Shown: one piece after another, positions 7,146-16,667 of the stretch
How positions within the stretch are numbered: position 1 is the stretch's first letter
Layout: the number at the start of each line of letters is the position of its first letter
Assembly (NCBI GenBank): GCA_002753225.1
Contig: PDZS01000013.1
Coordinates: 20,167-84,166, forward strand
DNA from: Deltaproteobacteria bacterium YD0425bin51
GTDB taxonomy: Bacteria > Desulfobacterota > Desulfobacteria > Desulfobacterales > YD0425bin51
Direction of reading: 5' to 3'
Length of the DNA stretch: 64,000 bases
Program-made: the position numbers and the translations under genes
The notes under the pieces: generated by a model
Told to the model about the DNA's origin: nothing
Seen by the model: only the letters and a program-made list of their open reading frames with translations
Database searches by the model: none

Positions 7146-9675
7146 AATAACTGATAAATTTATTGATGAGTTAGAGGAAGAAAACCTTTTGCTTAAAAAA
7201 GAAATAGAGGTTGCACGTAGAGCATCTGAGATTACTGCTAAGCTTGTAGTTGAGCAGCTTGAAAAGATGGAGGAGGTTCACAGGAGGCTTGAAGAAAAAG
7301 CAGCCATAGAACAAGAATTACGTGAAAGACTTGGTGAAGAACTTAAGCAATCTGAAAAAAGAGAACAGGATTTAGCTAAAGCTAGAATAGCGGCAGATGC
7401 TGCAAATCGTGCAAAAAGCACGTTTCTAGCCAATATGAGCCATGAATTGCGTACTCCCATGAACGCTATTATTGGTTACAGTGAAATGTTAACAGAGGAG
7501 GCTGAAGATTTAGGTCATGATGAGTTCGTCCCTGATTTAAAGAAGATAAATTCAGCAGGTAAACATTTGCTTGCGCTTATAAATGATATTTTAGATTTTT
7601 CCAAAATTGAAGCAGGCAAAATGGAGCTATACCTTGAAACATTTGATATTAATAAAATGATTCATGATGTTACAGTCACAATTCATCCTCTTATTGAAAA
7701 GAACACAAATACTCTTAAAGTTATTTGCCAAGATAACCTTGGTTCCATGAGAGCAGATTTAACAAAAGTTAGACAGGCTCTATTCAATTTGCTGAGCAAT
7801 GCTTCTAAATTTACAAAGCAAGGTGTTATTACACTTTCAGTTCAAATAAAATCAAATGGAGATGACAATAAATGGGTTGTATTCAGTGTTAAAGACACTG
7901 GTATTGGTATGACATTAGATCAGCAAAAAAAATTATTTCAGGCTTTTTCACAGGCAGATGCCTCAACTACTCGTCAATTTGGAGGAACAGGTCTAGGACT
8001 TGCCATAAGTAGACATGTTTGCCAGATGATGGGGGGTGATATTACAGTAGAGAGCGAAATTTCTAAAGGTTCAACCTTTTCCATAAAACTTCCTGCTGAA
8101 GTAATTACAGAAAAAATTGAGGAAATGGAAAAACTCCCAGAAAAGCTTATAGATATAACTGCTTCCCATGATTTAAAGACCATTCTAGTTATTGATGATG
8201 ATCCAAAGGCTAGAGATATGATAACTCGTATTTTAAGTAAGGAAAAACTTAAGGTTATTACTGCTTCAAGCGGTGATGAAGGGATAAAAATAGCTGAGGA
8301 ATCTCATCCTGACGTAATCATTTTAGATGTGCTCATGCCAGGGATTGACGGTTGGGCAGTTCTTGCTGCTTTAAAAGCAAATGTAAAAGTTTCTGATATT
8401 CCAGTTGTAATGCTTTCTGTTCTAGATGAAGAAAATATTGGTTTTGCACTAGGAGCTGCTGATTATTTGACAAAGCCTATAGACAGAGATCGCCTTTTTG
8501 CAGTTTTAAAGAAATTTTTCCCAAGCGGTATGCAAGGTTCTATTCTTATTGTAGAGGATGATAATGTAACTAGGAATATGCTTAAACGTATGCTTGAAAA
8601 AGAAGGATTATCTGTAAGTGAGGCACAAAATGGGAGAATAGGACTAGAAGTTGTAAAAAAAGTGCATCCTGCTTTAATTATGCTCGATTTAATGATGCCT
8701 GAAATGGATGGATTTCAGTTTGTAGAAGAGATTCGCAAAAATGAAGAATTCAGATCAATTCCTATTATAGTTGTTACTGCAAAAGATTTAACCCAGGAAG
8801 ATCGTCAAAGACTAGATGGATATGTTAAATTAATTGTTCAAAAAGGATCATACAATCGTCAGGATCTTTTAAGAGAACTTCGAAGTATTGTTTCAAACCA
8901 TACTCATGATAAAGCACCAGTACATTCTTTAAATAAAATTCTTGTTATTGATGATGATACTAAAATACATGATTTACTTAATAGAACTTTAACAAAAGAA
9001 GGATTTGAAGTATTAAATGCTTTAAATGGAGAAGAGGGTATAAGACTTGCTAAAGAAATAAGACCACTAGCTATAACATGTGATGTTTTAATGCCTGGTA
9101 TTGATGGATGGACAGTTCTTTCCCAATTAAAATCTGATCCTGATACTGCTGATATTCCGGTAATAATGTTATCTGTATTAGATGATAAAAAATATGGTTT
9201 TAGCCTTGGAGCTACAGAATATCTAAATAAGCCGGTTGATAGGGACCGCCTTATTTCAATACTAAAAAAATGTCGAAATGAGCTTGCAAATGGACCAGTT
9301 TTAATAGTTGAAGATGATTCTTCTACAAGGGAAATGTTAAGGAAATTAATATTAAAAGAAGGATGGGATGTAACTGAGGCAGAGAATGGAATAAAAGCAT
9401 TAGAACAGGTTTTATTAAAAATGCCGTCTATTATACTTCTTGATTTAATGATGCCAGAAATGGATGGGTTTACTTTTATAGAAGAATTTCGTAAAATAAA
9501 AGATTTTAATTCTGTTCCTATTGTTGTAATAACTGCTAAAGATTTAACTGAGGAAGATAGAATTCAACTTGATGGTTCTGTTAAGAGAATTATTCAAAAA
9601 GGAGAATATAGCAGCGAACATTTAGTTCAAGAAATTCGTAAATTAATTTTAGAGTGGAAGGAAAAAAATGGCTAA
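7135..9675 (+). CDS. Hybrid histidine kinase: coiled coil - HisKA - HATPase_c - four receiver domains
   Basis: H-box [19 protein letters not shown]; N/G boxes [24 protein letters not shown]; four REC domains (..[10 protein letters not shown].., ..[10 protein letters not shown].. twice each). The first ~90 aa are coiled coil only, and I see no sensor domain or TM segment. The start could be ATG 7135 or ATG 7111; both overlap the protease gene. Confidence 0.85.
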   Translation: MKNKITDKFIDELEEENLLLKKEIEVARRASEITAKLVVEQLEKMEEVHRRLEEKAAIEQELRERLGEELKQSEKREQDLAKARIAADAANRAKSTFLANMSHELRTPMNAIIGYSEMLTEEAEDLGHDEFVPDLKKINSAGKHLLALINDILDFSKIEAGKMELYLETFDINKMIHDVTVTIHPLIEKNTNTLKVICQDNLGSMRADLTKVRQALFNLLSNASKFTKQGVITLSVQIKSNGDDNKWVVFSVKDTGIGMTLDQQKKLFQAFSQADASTTRQFGGTGLGLAISRHVCQMMGGDITVESEISKGSTFSIKLPAEVITEKIEEMEKLPEKLIDITASHDLKTILVIDDDPKARDMITRILSKEKLKVITASSGDEGIKIAEESHPDVIILDVLMPGIDGWAVLAALKANVKVSDIPVVMLSVLDEENIGFALGAADYLTKPIDRDRLFAVLKKFFPSGMQGSILIVEDDNVTRNMLKRMLEKEGLSVSEAQNGRIGLEVVKKVHPALIMLDLMMPEMDGFQFVEEIRKNEEFRSIPIIVVTAKDLTQEDRQRLDGYVKLIVQKGSYNRQDLLRELRSIVSNHTHDKAPVHSLNKILVIDDDTKIHDLLNRTLTKEGFEVLNALNGEEGIRLAKEIRPLAITCDVLMPGIDGWTVLSQLKSDPDTADIPVIMLSVLDDKKYGFSLGATEYLNKPVDRDRLISILKKCRNELANGPVLIVEDDSSTREMLRKLILKEGWDVTEAENGIKALEQVLLKMPSIILLDLMMPEMDGFTFIEEFRKIKDFNSVPIVVITAKDLTEEDRIQLDGSVKRIIQKGEYSSEHLVQEIRKLILEWKEKNG

Positions 9676-10036
9676 ATTACTTTTAGTAGAAGACAATGAG
9701 ATGAATCGTGATATGTTATCACGGAGACTGATGAGAAAAGGTTATACAGTTATTATAGCTGTAGATGGCGGGGAGGGAGTTTCATTAGCAAAATCAGAAT
9801 CTCCTGATTTGATACTTATGGATATGAGCCTTCCCGTTATAGATGGATGGACAGCTACAAGACAACTTAAAGCTGATTCTCAAACAAAATCAATTCCTAT
9901 TATTGCTCTTACCGCTCATGCCATGTCAGGGGATAGAGAAAAAGCATTAGAAGCAGGCTGCGATGATTATGATAGTAAACCTATAGAATTTCCAAGGCTA
10001 CTTGGTAAAATTGAATCATTTTTAAAAAAAGGATAA
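9668..10036 (+). CDS. Single-domain CheY-like response regulator
   Basis: [13 protein letters not shown]...[15 protein letters not shown]...[27 protein letters not shown]. It overlaps the kinase stop by 8 nt. Confidence 0.9.
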   Translation: MAKLLLVEDNEMNRDMLSRRLMRKGYTVIIAVDGGEGVSLAKSESPDLILMDMSLPVIDGWTATRQLKADSQTKSIPIIALTAHAMSGDREKALEAGCDDYDSKPIEFPRLLGKIESFLKKG

Positions 10037-10040
10037 AAAT

Positions 10041-10601
10041 ATGCTTGCAGAAGAGATTAAAGAAATTTCAGAAGAAGATTATTTAGAATTTGAAAGAAAA
10101 GCTGAAAGTAGGCACGAATATCATAATGGAGAGATATTTTCAATGGCAGGAGCTTCTAGAAATCATAATTTGATACTTACTAATATTGCGGGAGAACTAA
10201 GGAATCAATTAAGAAGGCGCTGCAGAATATATGTAAATGATATGAAGGTTAGAATAGAAGAGACTAAGAGTTATGTTTATCCAGATATTATAATAACATG
10301 CGGAAAGGAAAATTTTTTTGATAAAACTACTGATGTGCTAGTTAGTGCTGAAAAGATGGTAATAATAGAGATTCTTTCTGATTCAACAGAGGCTTATGAC
10401 AGAGGTGCTAAATTTTATTATTACCGCAATCTTCCTTTTTTAAAAGCATATTTATTAGTTTCTCAAAGAGATAGAAGAATTGAACAATTTGATAAGATTG
10501 AAAATTCTAAATGGCGTTTTTCAGAATCTGATGATAATGAAATAACTATCGAAGCTCTTGAATGCAAGCTGAATTTAGATGATGTTTATGAAGATTTTTA
10601 A
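10041..10601 (+). CDS. Uma2-family (DUF820) putative endonuclease
   Basis: EYHNGEIFSMAGASRNHNLI...YPDIIITCG...IIEILSDST is the typical Uma2 pattern. Confidence 0.7.
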   Translation: MLAEEIKEISEEDYLEFERKAESRHEYHNGEIFSMAGASRNHNLILTNIAGELRNQLRRRCRIYVNDMKVRIEETKSYVYPDIIITCGKENFFDKTTDVLVSAEKMVIIEILSDSTEAYDRGAKFYYYRNLPFLKAYLLVSQRDRRIEQFDKIENSKWRFSESDDNEITIEALECKLNLDDVYEDF

Positions 10602-10622
10602 CAGGAAAGGTTAAAAAAAACA

Positions 10623-12188
10623 ATGGCAGAAGAAGAGATATCCCCTAAAAATAGGGCATTTATGCCTTATGTAAGACATGAACTCCGCACTCCTATTAAC
10701 GCAATAATCGGCTACAGCGAAATGCTTTTAGAGGATACTGCAGAGCGAGGCGAAGAAGCAGAAGGCTTGCGTGCTGATCTTGCAAATATCTGTAGTGCTG
10801 GAAAAGACCTTCTTACGCTTGTAAATGACACGACAAAAAAAGACTTTAATTTTGAAGTTTTTGGTTCAAATTTTAGGCATGCAATAAGAACTATGATAAA
10901 TACAATCATAGGCTATACTGAAATGCTTTTAGAAGATGTTGACAATACACAAAATGGATCATTTTTTGAAGATTTAATGAAAATTCAAAAAGCTGGACAA
11001 CAGATGTTCAAGCTAATAGAAGAATTTATTAAAATTGAAAAAATTGAAACAGGTAAAGAGTCTTTTGAGATGATGGAAGATGTTGTATCATCCATACGTC
11101 CGCTTGAAAATGAAGCTGAATATAAAGAGACTCAAAAAGGATATCTTTTAGTTGTTGATGATAATGAGATGAATCGGGATATTCTTTCCCGTAATTTACA
11201 GCGTCAGGGTTATACTGTAGAAATAGCAGAAAACGGACGGATGGCTTTGGAAATGATTTCAAATAAGTCCTTTGATCTAGTATTATTAGATTTGATGATG
11301 CCAGAGATTAATGGATATCAAGTGCTGCAGCAAATGAAAGAAACTAATAAATGGAAGAATATTCCAGTTATAATGCTTTCAGCTTTGGATGAGATAGATG
11401 GAGTTGTAAGGTGTTTAGAAATTGGAGCAGAAGACTATTTATCTAAACCTTTTAATTCAGCTTTGCTACATGTTCGAATTGAATCTTCTCTTGAAAAAAA
11501 GAGGCTAAGAGATAAGGAAGAAATCTATAGAAAGCAGATAGAAGAATCTAACCGTCATTTAGAAAGCCGTGTTCAGGATCAGGTTAAACAGCTAAGGGAA
11601 AGTTATGAAAGATTACAAAAAGCTTTAAACGGAACAGTTAATGCGTTATCTTCAGCAGTAGAAATAAGAGATCCATACACAGCAGGTCATCAACAGCGTG
11701 TAAGCCAACTTGCTTGCGCTATTGCTAAAGAAATGGGACTCCCTGAAAGTCAAATAGAAGGAATAAGGGTTGCAGGAATCCTTCATGATATAGGCAAAAT
11801 TTCAGTTCCTGCAGAAATTTTATGTAAGCCGGGTAAGATATCTGAAGCAGAATTTGGGGTAATTAAAAGTCATGCTGAAACAGGTTATGATATATTGAAA
11901 AACATAGAGTTTCCTTGGCCAATTGCGCAAATTGTTCGTCAGCATCAAGAAAGAGTTGATGGATTTGGATATCCATTAAAATTATCAGGAGAAAATATTT
12001 TACTTGAAGCAAAAATTATAGGGGTAGCTGATGTTGTTGAAGCTATGGCTACACATAGACCATACAGGGCGGCACTGGGTATTGACTTAGCATTAGATGA
12101 GATAACAAAGAAAAAAGGAATTGCTTTTGATGCTCAAGTTGTTGATGCGTGTTTAAGAATTTTTGCAAACAAAACCTTTAAGTTTTAA
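10623..12188 (+). CDS. Response regulator with two N-terminal DHp (HisKA-like) modules, REC and HD-GYP phosphodiesterase domain
   Basis: Two H-box-like segments ([22 protein letters not shown] and FRHAIRTMINTIIGYTEMLLED) with no ATPase domain after them. REC domain (LLVVDDNEMNRDIL...DLMMPEINGY). HD-GYP domain (HQQRVSQLA..., ILHDIGKISVP, HQERVDGFGYP). Confidence 0.8.
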   Translation: MAEEEISPKNRAFMPYVRHELRTPINAIIGYSEMLLEDTAERGEEAEGLRADLANICSAGKDLLTLVNDTTKKDFNFEVFGSNFRHAIRTMINTIIGYTEMLLEDVDNTQNGSFFEDLMKIQKAGQQMFKLIEEFIKIEKIETGKESFEMMEDVVSSIRPLENEAEYKETQKGYLLVVDDNEMNRDILSRNLQRQGYTVEIAENGRMALEMISNKSFDLVLLDLMMPEINGYQVLQQMKETNKWKNIPVIMLSALDEIDGVVRCLEIGAEDYLSKPFNSALLHVRIESSLEKKRLRDKEEIYRKQIEESNRHLESRVQDQVKQLRESYERLQKALNGTVNALSSAVEIRDPYTAGHQQRVSQLACAIAKEMGLPESQIEGIRVAGILHDIGKISVPAEILCKPGKISEAEFGVIKSHAETGYDILKNIEFPWPIAQIVRQHQERVDGFGYPLKLSGENILLEAKIIGVADVVEAMATHRPYRAALGIDLALDEITKKKGIAFDAQVVDACLRIFANKTFKF

Positions 12189-12203
12189 GGTAAATAATAT
12201 GAT

Positions 12204-12232
12204 TTGACATAAATTATCAAGTTAAGTATATT
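12204..12232 (+). promoter_or_regulatory. Candidate sigma70 promoter (TTGACA-17 nt-TATATT)
   Basis: TTGACA at 12204-12209, a 17-nt spacer, TATATT at 12227-12232. The first ATG of the downstream ORF is only 11 nt after the -10 box, so the mRNA would be near-leaderless or the true start lies further downstream. Confidence 0.35.
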
Positions 12233-12243
12233 AAACCCTTTTT

Positions 12244-12756
12244 ATGAAACTAAAAAAATTACTATCACAAAAAAAGTCTGAAATTATACAAAAATGGATC
12301 GACGGAATACTTGGCACATATCCGGCTGATACGTACCAGATATTTAAAAAATCAGGCGATCAATTTGCAAATCCTGTTGGAACAACACTTTCAAGAGAGA
12401 TAGCTGAACTTACATCTATAATATTAGAAGAAGAAATTGATTATAATTCTGTAAAAAAACATTTAGATACTGTTATAAGAATTAGAGCAATTCAAGCTTT
12501 TTCTCCATCTCAAGCAATAGGATTTATCCTTTTATTAAAAGAAATAATCAAGAATATTTTAAAAGCACAAGACATAAATTTAGATGAACTATTATTGCTG
12601 TACTCTCAAATAGATAAACTTTGCCTGATTGGATTTGATATTTATACAGAATGCAGGGAAAAGTTATTTGATATAAGAGTTTCTGAAATTAAAAATAAAA
12701 GTTTTGGGGCATTAAAACGCGCTGGTTTGGTTTCCGAGGTTTTGGAGGATGTTTAA
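12244..12756 (+). CDS. Small cytoplasmic protein, RsbRD-N-terminal-domain-like, upstream of dsrMKJOP
   Basis: 170 aa. (..IIQKWIDGILGTYPADTYQIFKKSGDQFANPVGTTLSREI...IRIRAIQAFSPSQAIGFILLLKEII) matches my recollection of RsbRD_N-type proteins found next to dsrMK in sulfate reducers. Not verified. Confidence 0.5.
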   Translation: MKLKKLLSQKKSEIIQKWIDGILGTYPADTYQIFKKSGDQFANPVGTTLSREIAELTSIILEEEIDYNSVKKHLDTVIRIRAIQAFSPSQAIGFILLLKEIIKNILKAQDINLDELLLLYSQIDKLCLIGFDIYTECREKLFDIRVSEIKNKSFGALKRAGLVSEVLEDV

Positions 12757-12820
12757 TCCAAGATCTTTAAATAACATAAACTTACTATAACTAACTTTAA
12801 ATTTTTAGAGGTGGGGGCCA

Positions 12821-13822
12821 ATGAATGTACATTACATGTTTTCTTTAATTGTTGTTATTGGACTTGTTTTGTTGGCCTATGTAGGAGTTGAAGTGCTAGG
12901 ACTTAAAGCCATTTTTGGAGTTGTTTTACCATATGCTGCCTTTCTTACATTTCTTATAGGGGTTGCATACAAGGTAATAGACTGGGCGAAATCTCCTGTG
13001 CCATTTCGAATTACTACAACTGGTGGTCAACAAAAATCCCTTCCATGGATAAAGTCCGCAAAAATTGATAATCCTGACTGTTCAGTCGGAGTTGTAGTTA
13101 GAATGCTTACTGAAATCCTATTCTTTAGATCCCTTTTTAGAAATACAAAAGCAGAACTGAAAGAGGGAAATAAATTTTCTTATGAATGGGAAAAGTGGCT
13201 ATGGATTTTTGCAATTCTTTTCCATTGGAGCTTTGCTGTAGTTCTTGTTAGACATTTTAGACTTTTTACTGAGCCTGTTCCATATTTACTTCAGCTCTTA
13301 GAAAATCTAGATGGCTTTTTCCAGATAGGAATACCAGTAGTTTTTCTTTCTGGATTACTTTTGCTGGCAGGTGTGACTTATTTGTTTTTAAGAAGAATTT
13401 TTATTCCACAAATAAAATATATATCACTTGCTGCTGATTATTTTCCTCTATTTTTAATCTTTGGAATTGCTTTTACAGGCATTTTAATGCGCTATTTTAC
13501 AAAAACTGATATTGTTGCAGTAAAGCAATTAACAATGGGGCTTGTAACACTTCATCCAACTGTTCCAGCTACAATAGGCTTTATCTTTTATGTTCATCTA
13601 TTTTTAGTATGCGTTCTTCTTGCCTATTTTCCTTTCAGTAAACTTATGCATTTGGGTGGGATTTTTTTAAGTCCAACAAGAAATTTGCCCGGAAATACTC
13701 GAGCAGTAAGACATATAAATCCTTGGAATTATCCTGTTAAAGTTCATACATATGATGAGTATGAAGAGGAATTCAGGGAAAAAATGATTGAGGCAGGGCT
13801 TCCTGTGGAAAAGGAGGAATAA
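12821..13822 (+). CDS. dsrM: DsrM, NarI-like membrane b-type cytochrome subunit
   Basis: Polytopic membrane protein of ~333 aa, first gene of a five-gene set with the canonical DsrMKJOP order and sizes. RBS GAGGTGGGGG precedes the ATG. Confidence 0.85.
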   Translation: MNVHYMFSLIVVIGLVLLAYVGVEVLGLKAIFGVVLPYAAFLTFLIGVAYKVIDWAKSPVPFRITTTGGQQKSLPWIKSAKIDNPDCSVGVVVRMLTEILFFRSLFRNTKAELKEGNKFSYEWEKWLWIFAILFHWSFAVVLVRHFRLFTEPVPYLLQLLENLDGFFQIGIPVVFLSGLLLLAGVTYLFLRRIFIPQIKYISLAADYFPLFLIFGIAFTGILMRYFTKTDIVAVKQLTMGLVTLHPTVPATIGFIFYVHLFLVCVLLAYFPFSKLMHLGGIFLSPTRNLPGNTRAVRHINPWNYPVKVHTYDEYEEEFREKMIEAGLPVEKEE

Positions 13823-13829
13823 TAAAGAG

Positions 13830-15458
13830 ATGGCAAAACCTAAAGAAGTATTATCTAATTTAAATTATACGCCTCCAGAAACTGCATGGATGGACACTCC
13901 TGTAAATATAAGGAAAGGAATGTACTGTTATGCAGCAAACCCTAAAAGTCTTGAGGCTTTAGACCTTCCATTTCCAAGATCATGGAATCCAATGGATGAA
14001 GATTGGAAGTTACCGGCAAATTGGAAGGAAATAATTCATAAAGGTTTTAAAGAGAGACTTGATAAATTCAGATCTATTAAAGTTTTTATGGATATCTGTG
14101 TAAGATGCGGAGCTTGTGCTGATAAATGTCATTTTTTCCTTGGTACTGGTGACCCTAAAAATATGCCTGTACTTCGGGCAGAACTTCTCCGTTCAATTTA
14201 CAGAAACGATTTTACACTTGCTGGTAAAATGTTAAAGAAAATAGCAGGCGCAAGAGAAATGACAGTAGGTGTCCTTAAAGAATGGTGGTACTACTTATTT
14301 CAATGTACAGAATGCAGAAGATGCTCGCTTTTCTGTCCTTATGGAATTGATACTGCTGAAATAACAATTATGGGTAGAGAGCTATTAAACTTATTAGGTT
14401 TAAACATTGACTGGATTGCAACGCCTGCATCAAACTGTTTTAGAATCGGAAATCATTTGGGTATTCAACCCCATGCTTACAAAGACATGATTGATTTCTT
14501 CTTGGATGATATAGAAGAGATAACAGGAATTAAACCTGAGGTCGATTTTAATAGAAAAGGAGCTGAAGTTTTATTTATAACACCTTCAGGAGATGTTTTT
14601 GCAGATCCAGGAACTTATACATGTATGGGATATATAATCCTTTTTCATTATCTCAAAAAGCTTGGATTAGATATAACATGGAGTACATACGCTTCTGAAG
14701 GAGGAAACTTTGGATTCTTTACTTCACATGAGATGATGAAAAGACTCAATTCCAAAATGTATGCTGAGGCAAAAAGACTCAAAGTAAAATGGATCCTTGG
14801 CGGAGAATGCGGTCATATGTGGCGGGTTATAAGCCAGTATATGGATACAATGAATGGTCCTGCTGACTTTCTGGAAACACCAGTCTCGCCAATCACTCGG
14901 ACCAGATTTGAGAATGCTAAATCAACAAAAATGGTTCATATAGCTGAATTTACAGCAGACTTGATAAGAAATGGTAAACTCAAATTAGATCCTAGTAGAA
15001 ATGATCATCTTAAAGTTACATTCCATGATTCGTGCAATGTATCAAGAGGAATGGGAATGTTTGATGAACCTAGGTATGTTTTAAAGAGTGTATGCAATAA
15101 TTTTTATGAAATGCCTGCAAATACTATTAGAGAGCAGACTTTCTGCTGTGGAAGCGGTTCTGGATTAAATGCAGGAGAAAATATGGATCAGAGAATGGCA
15201 GGAGGGCTACCTAGAGCAAACGCTGTAAAACACGTACATGACAAACACGGTGTTAATTTACTTGCTACAATTTGTGCAATAGACAGAGCTGCGCTACCAC
15301 CACTTATGGATTATTGGGTGCCAGGAGTTGGAGTTTCAGGTCTGCATGAATTGGTTGCAAATGCTTTAGTTTTACCCGGTGAAATAAAAAGAACAATGGA
15401 TCTTCGCAAGGAACCATTACCCGGAGTAGAAGAAGAGGAGGGTGATGATGCCGAATAA
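13830..15458 (+). CDS. dsrK: DsrK, HdrD-like Fe-S/CCG-domain subunit
   Basis: Ferredoxin-type clusters CVRCGACADKCH and CTECRRCSLFCPYGID, plus C-terminal CCG-type cysteines (FHDSCNVSRG..., TFCCGSGSG). I prefer the start at ATG 13830 (RBS AAGGAGG at 13811) over the track start at 13788, which overlaps dsrM. Confidence 0.9.
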   Translation: MAKPKEVLSNLNYTPPETAWMDTPVNIRKGMYCYAANPKSLEALDLPFPRSWNPMDEDWKLPANWKEIIHKGFKERLDKFRSIKVFMDICVRCGACADKCHFFLGTGDPKNMPVLRAELLRSIYRNDFTLAGKMLKKIAGAREMTVGVLKEWWYYLFQCTECRRCSLFCPYGIDTAEITIMGRELLNLLGLNIDWIATPASNCFRIGNHLGIQPHAYKDMIDFFLDDIEEITGIKPEVDFNRKGAEVLFITPSGDVFADPGTYTCMGYIILFHYLKKLGLDITWSTYASEGGNFGFFTSHEMMKRLNSKMYAEAKRLKVKWILGGECGHMWRVISQYMDTMNGPADFLETPVSPITRTRFENAKSTKMVHIAEFTADLIRNGKLKLDPSRNDHLKVTFHDSCNVSRGMGMFDEPRYVLKSVCNNFYEMPANTIREQTFCCGSGSGLNAGENMDQRMAGGLPRANAVKHVHDKHGVNLLATICAIDRAALPPLMDYWVPGVGVSGLHELVANALVLPGEIKRTMDLRKEPLPGVEEEEGDDAE

Positions 15459-15858
15459 CAATAATAAAATATATGATAAAAATAAGATCGTTATAGGTAT
15501 AGTCATTTTTTTGATTATATCTTTATTTCCTATTTGGTATAATCATTTTAAAAATGTGCCAGCGCCTGATCCACTTTTAACTGAAAAAGCAAAAATAGCA
15601 AAAGAATGCGTTTTGCCAAAAGTTTTAATGAAGACTGAGCATATGCAGCTTTTGAATAGTTGGCGAGATAGTGTGGTAAGGGATGGAAAGAGGTTATATA
15701 CCAATTCACAAGGTAAGGTTTTTGATATGAGCTTGTCAAATGGTTGTTTGGATTGTCATTCAAACAAGAAAGATTTTTGCGACAGGTGCCATAATTATGC
15801 CTCTGTACGACCATACTGCTTTGACTGTCACATTGATAATCCAAAGGAGAAGAAATAA
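15442..15858 (+). CDS. dsrJ: DsrJ, membrane-anchored triheme cytochrome c
   Basis: N-terminal TM helix and three CxxCH motifs (CLDCH, CDRCH, CFDCH) in 138 aa. Confidence 0.85.
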   Translation: MMMPNNNNKIYDKNKIVIGIVIFLIISLFPIWYNHFKNVPAPDPLLTEKAKIAKECVLPKVLMKTEHMQLLNSWRDSVVRDGKRLYTNSQGKVFDMSLSNGCLDCHSNKKDFCDRCHNYASVRPYCFDCHIDNPKEKK

Positions 15859-16658
15859 TGGAAGAAAGCAGAAGAAGCTTTTTAAAGATAGCAGGAATTG
15901 CAGCTTTTGGGCTTTCAGCAATTCCAGCTATAGATATTTTTGCAAGCGAGTCATCTAAAAAGGCTCCTGCTCCTGCGCCGGATTTTTCATTGACAGAAAA
16001 CTCAAAGGCGCTTAGTGCAAAAAGATGGGGAATGGTTATTGATACCAGAAAGTTTAAATCTGAAAAAGATTTGGAACATATAATGTCTGTATGCCATTCT
16101 ATTCATAATGTTCCAAATATGACAAATAAAAGGCATGAGATAAAGTGGATTTGGTCCGAAGAATATCCACATGCCTTTGTTGGTGATGAAAATGAATATT
16201 TAAGCGAAAAACTAGCACATACTCCTATTATAGTTCTTTGTAATCATTGTCAAAATCCACCATGTGTTAGAGCATGCCCAACGCAGGCAACTTTTAAGCG
16301 TCAATCAGACGGAATTGTTATGATGGATATGCACAGATGTATTGGCTGCAGATTTTGCATAGCAGCTTGTCCATATGGAGCTAGAAGCTTTAATTTCAGG
16401 GATCCACGACCATTTATTTCAAAAACCAATTTAGAATATCCAACTAGAATGAAAGGTGTTGTTGAAAAATGTACATTCTGTGTTGAACGTCTTGCAATTG
16501 GAAAAATACCAGCTTGTGTTGAAGCATCAAACGGCGCTATTATATTTGGCGATTTGGAAAACCCTGATTCAGAGATAAGAAAATTGTTAAAAAATAATTT
16601 TACGATTCGTCGTAAGCAACACTTAGGCACAGGTCCAAGTGTTTATTACATTGTGTGA
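15858..16658 (+). CDS. dsrO: DsrO, periplasmic ferredoxin-like 4Fe-4S subunit
   Basis: Tat-type signal (SRRSFLKIAG) and poly-ferredoxin motifs CNHCQNPPCVRACP, CIGCRFCIAACP, CTFCVERL. Confidence 0.85.
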   Translation: MEESRRSFLKIAGIAAFGLSAIPAIDIFASESSKKAPAPAPDFSLTENSKALSAKRWGMVIDTRKFKSEKDLEHIMSVCHSIHNVPNMTNKRHEIKWIWSEEYPHAFVGDENEYLSEKLAHTPIIVLCNHCQNPPCVRACPTQATFKRQSDGIVMMDMHRCIGCRFCIAACPYGARSFNFRDPRPFISKTNLEYPTRMKGVVEKCTFCVERLAIGKIPACVEASNGAIIFGDLENPDSEIRKLLKNNFTIRRKQHLGTGPSVYYIV

Positions 16659-16667
16659 GGTGACTCT

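Noticed and set aside
13788-13829. Upstream start of dsrK overlapping dsrM by 35 nt
   Set aside because: ATG 13830 is preceded by AAGGAGG and gives a DsrK-like N-terminus. The upstream extension (MRQGFLWKRRNNKE) looks like read-through of the dsrM 3' end in another frame.
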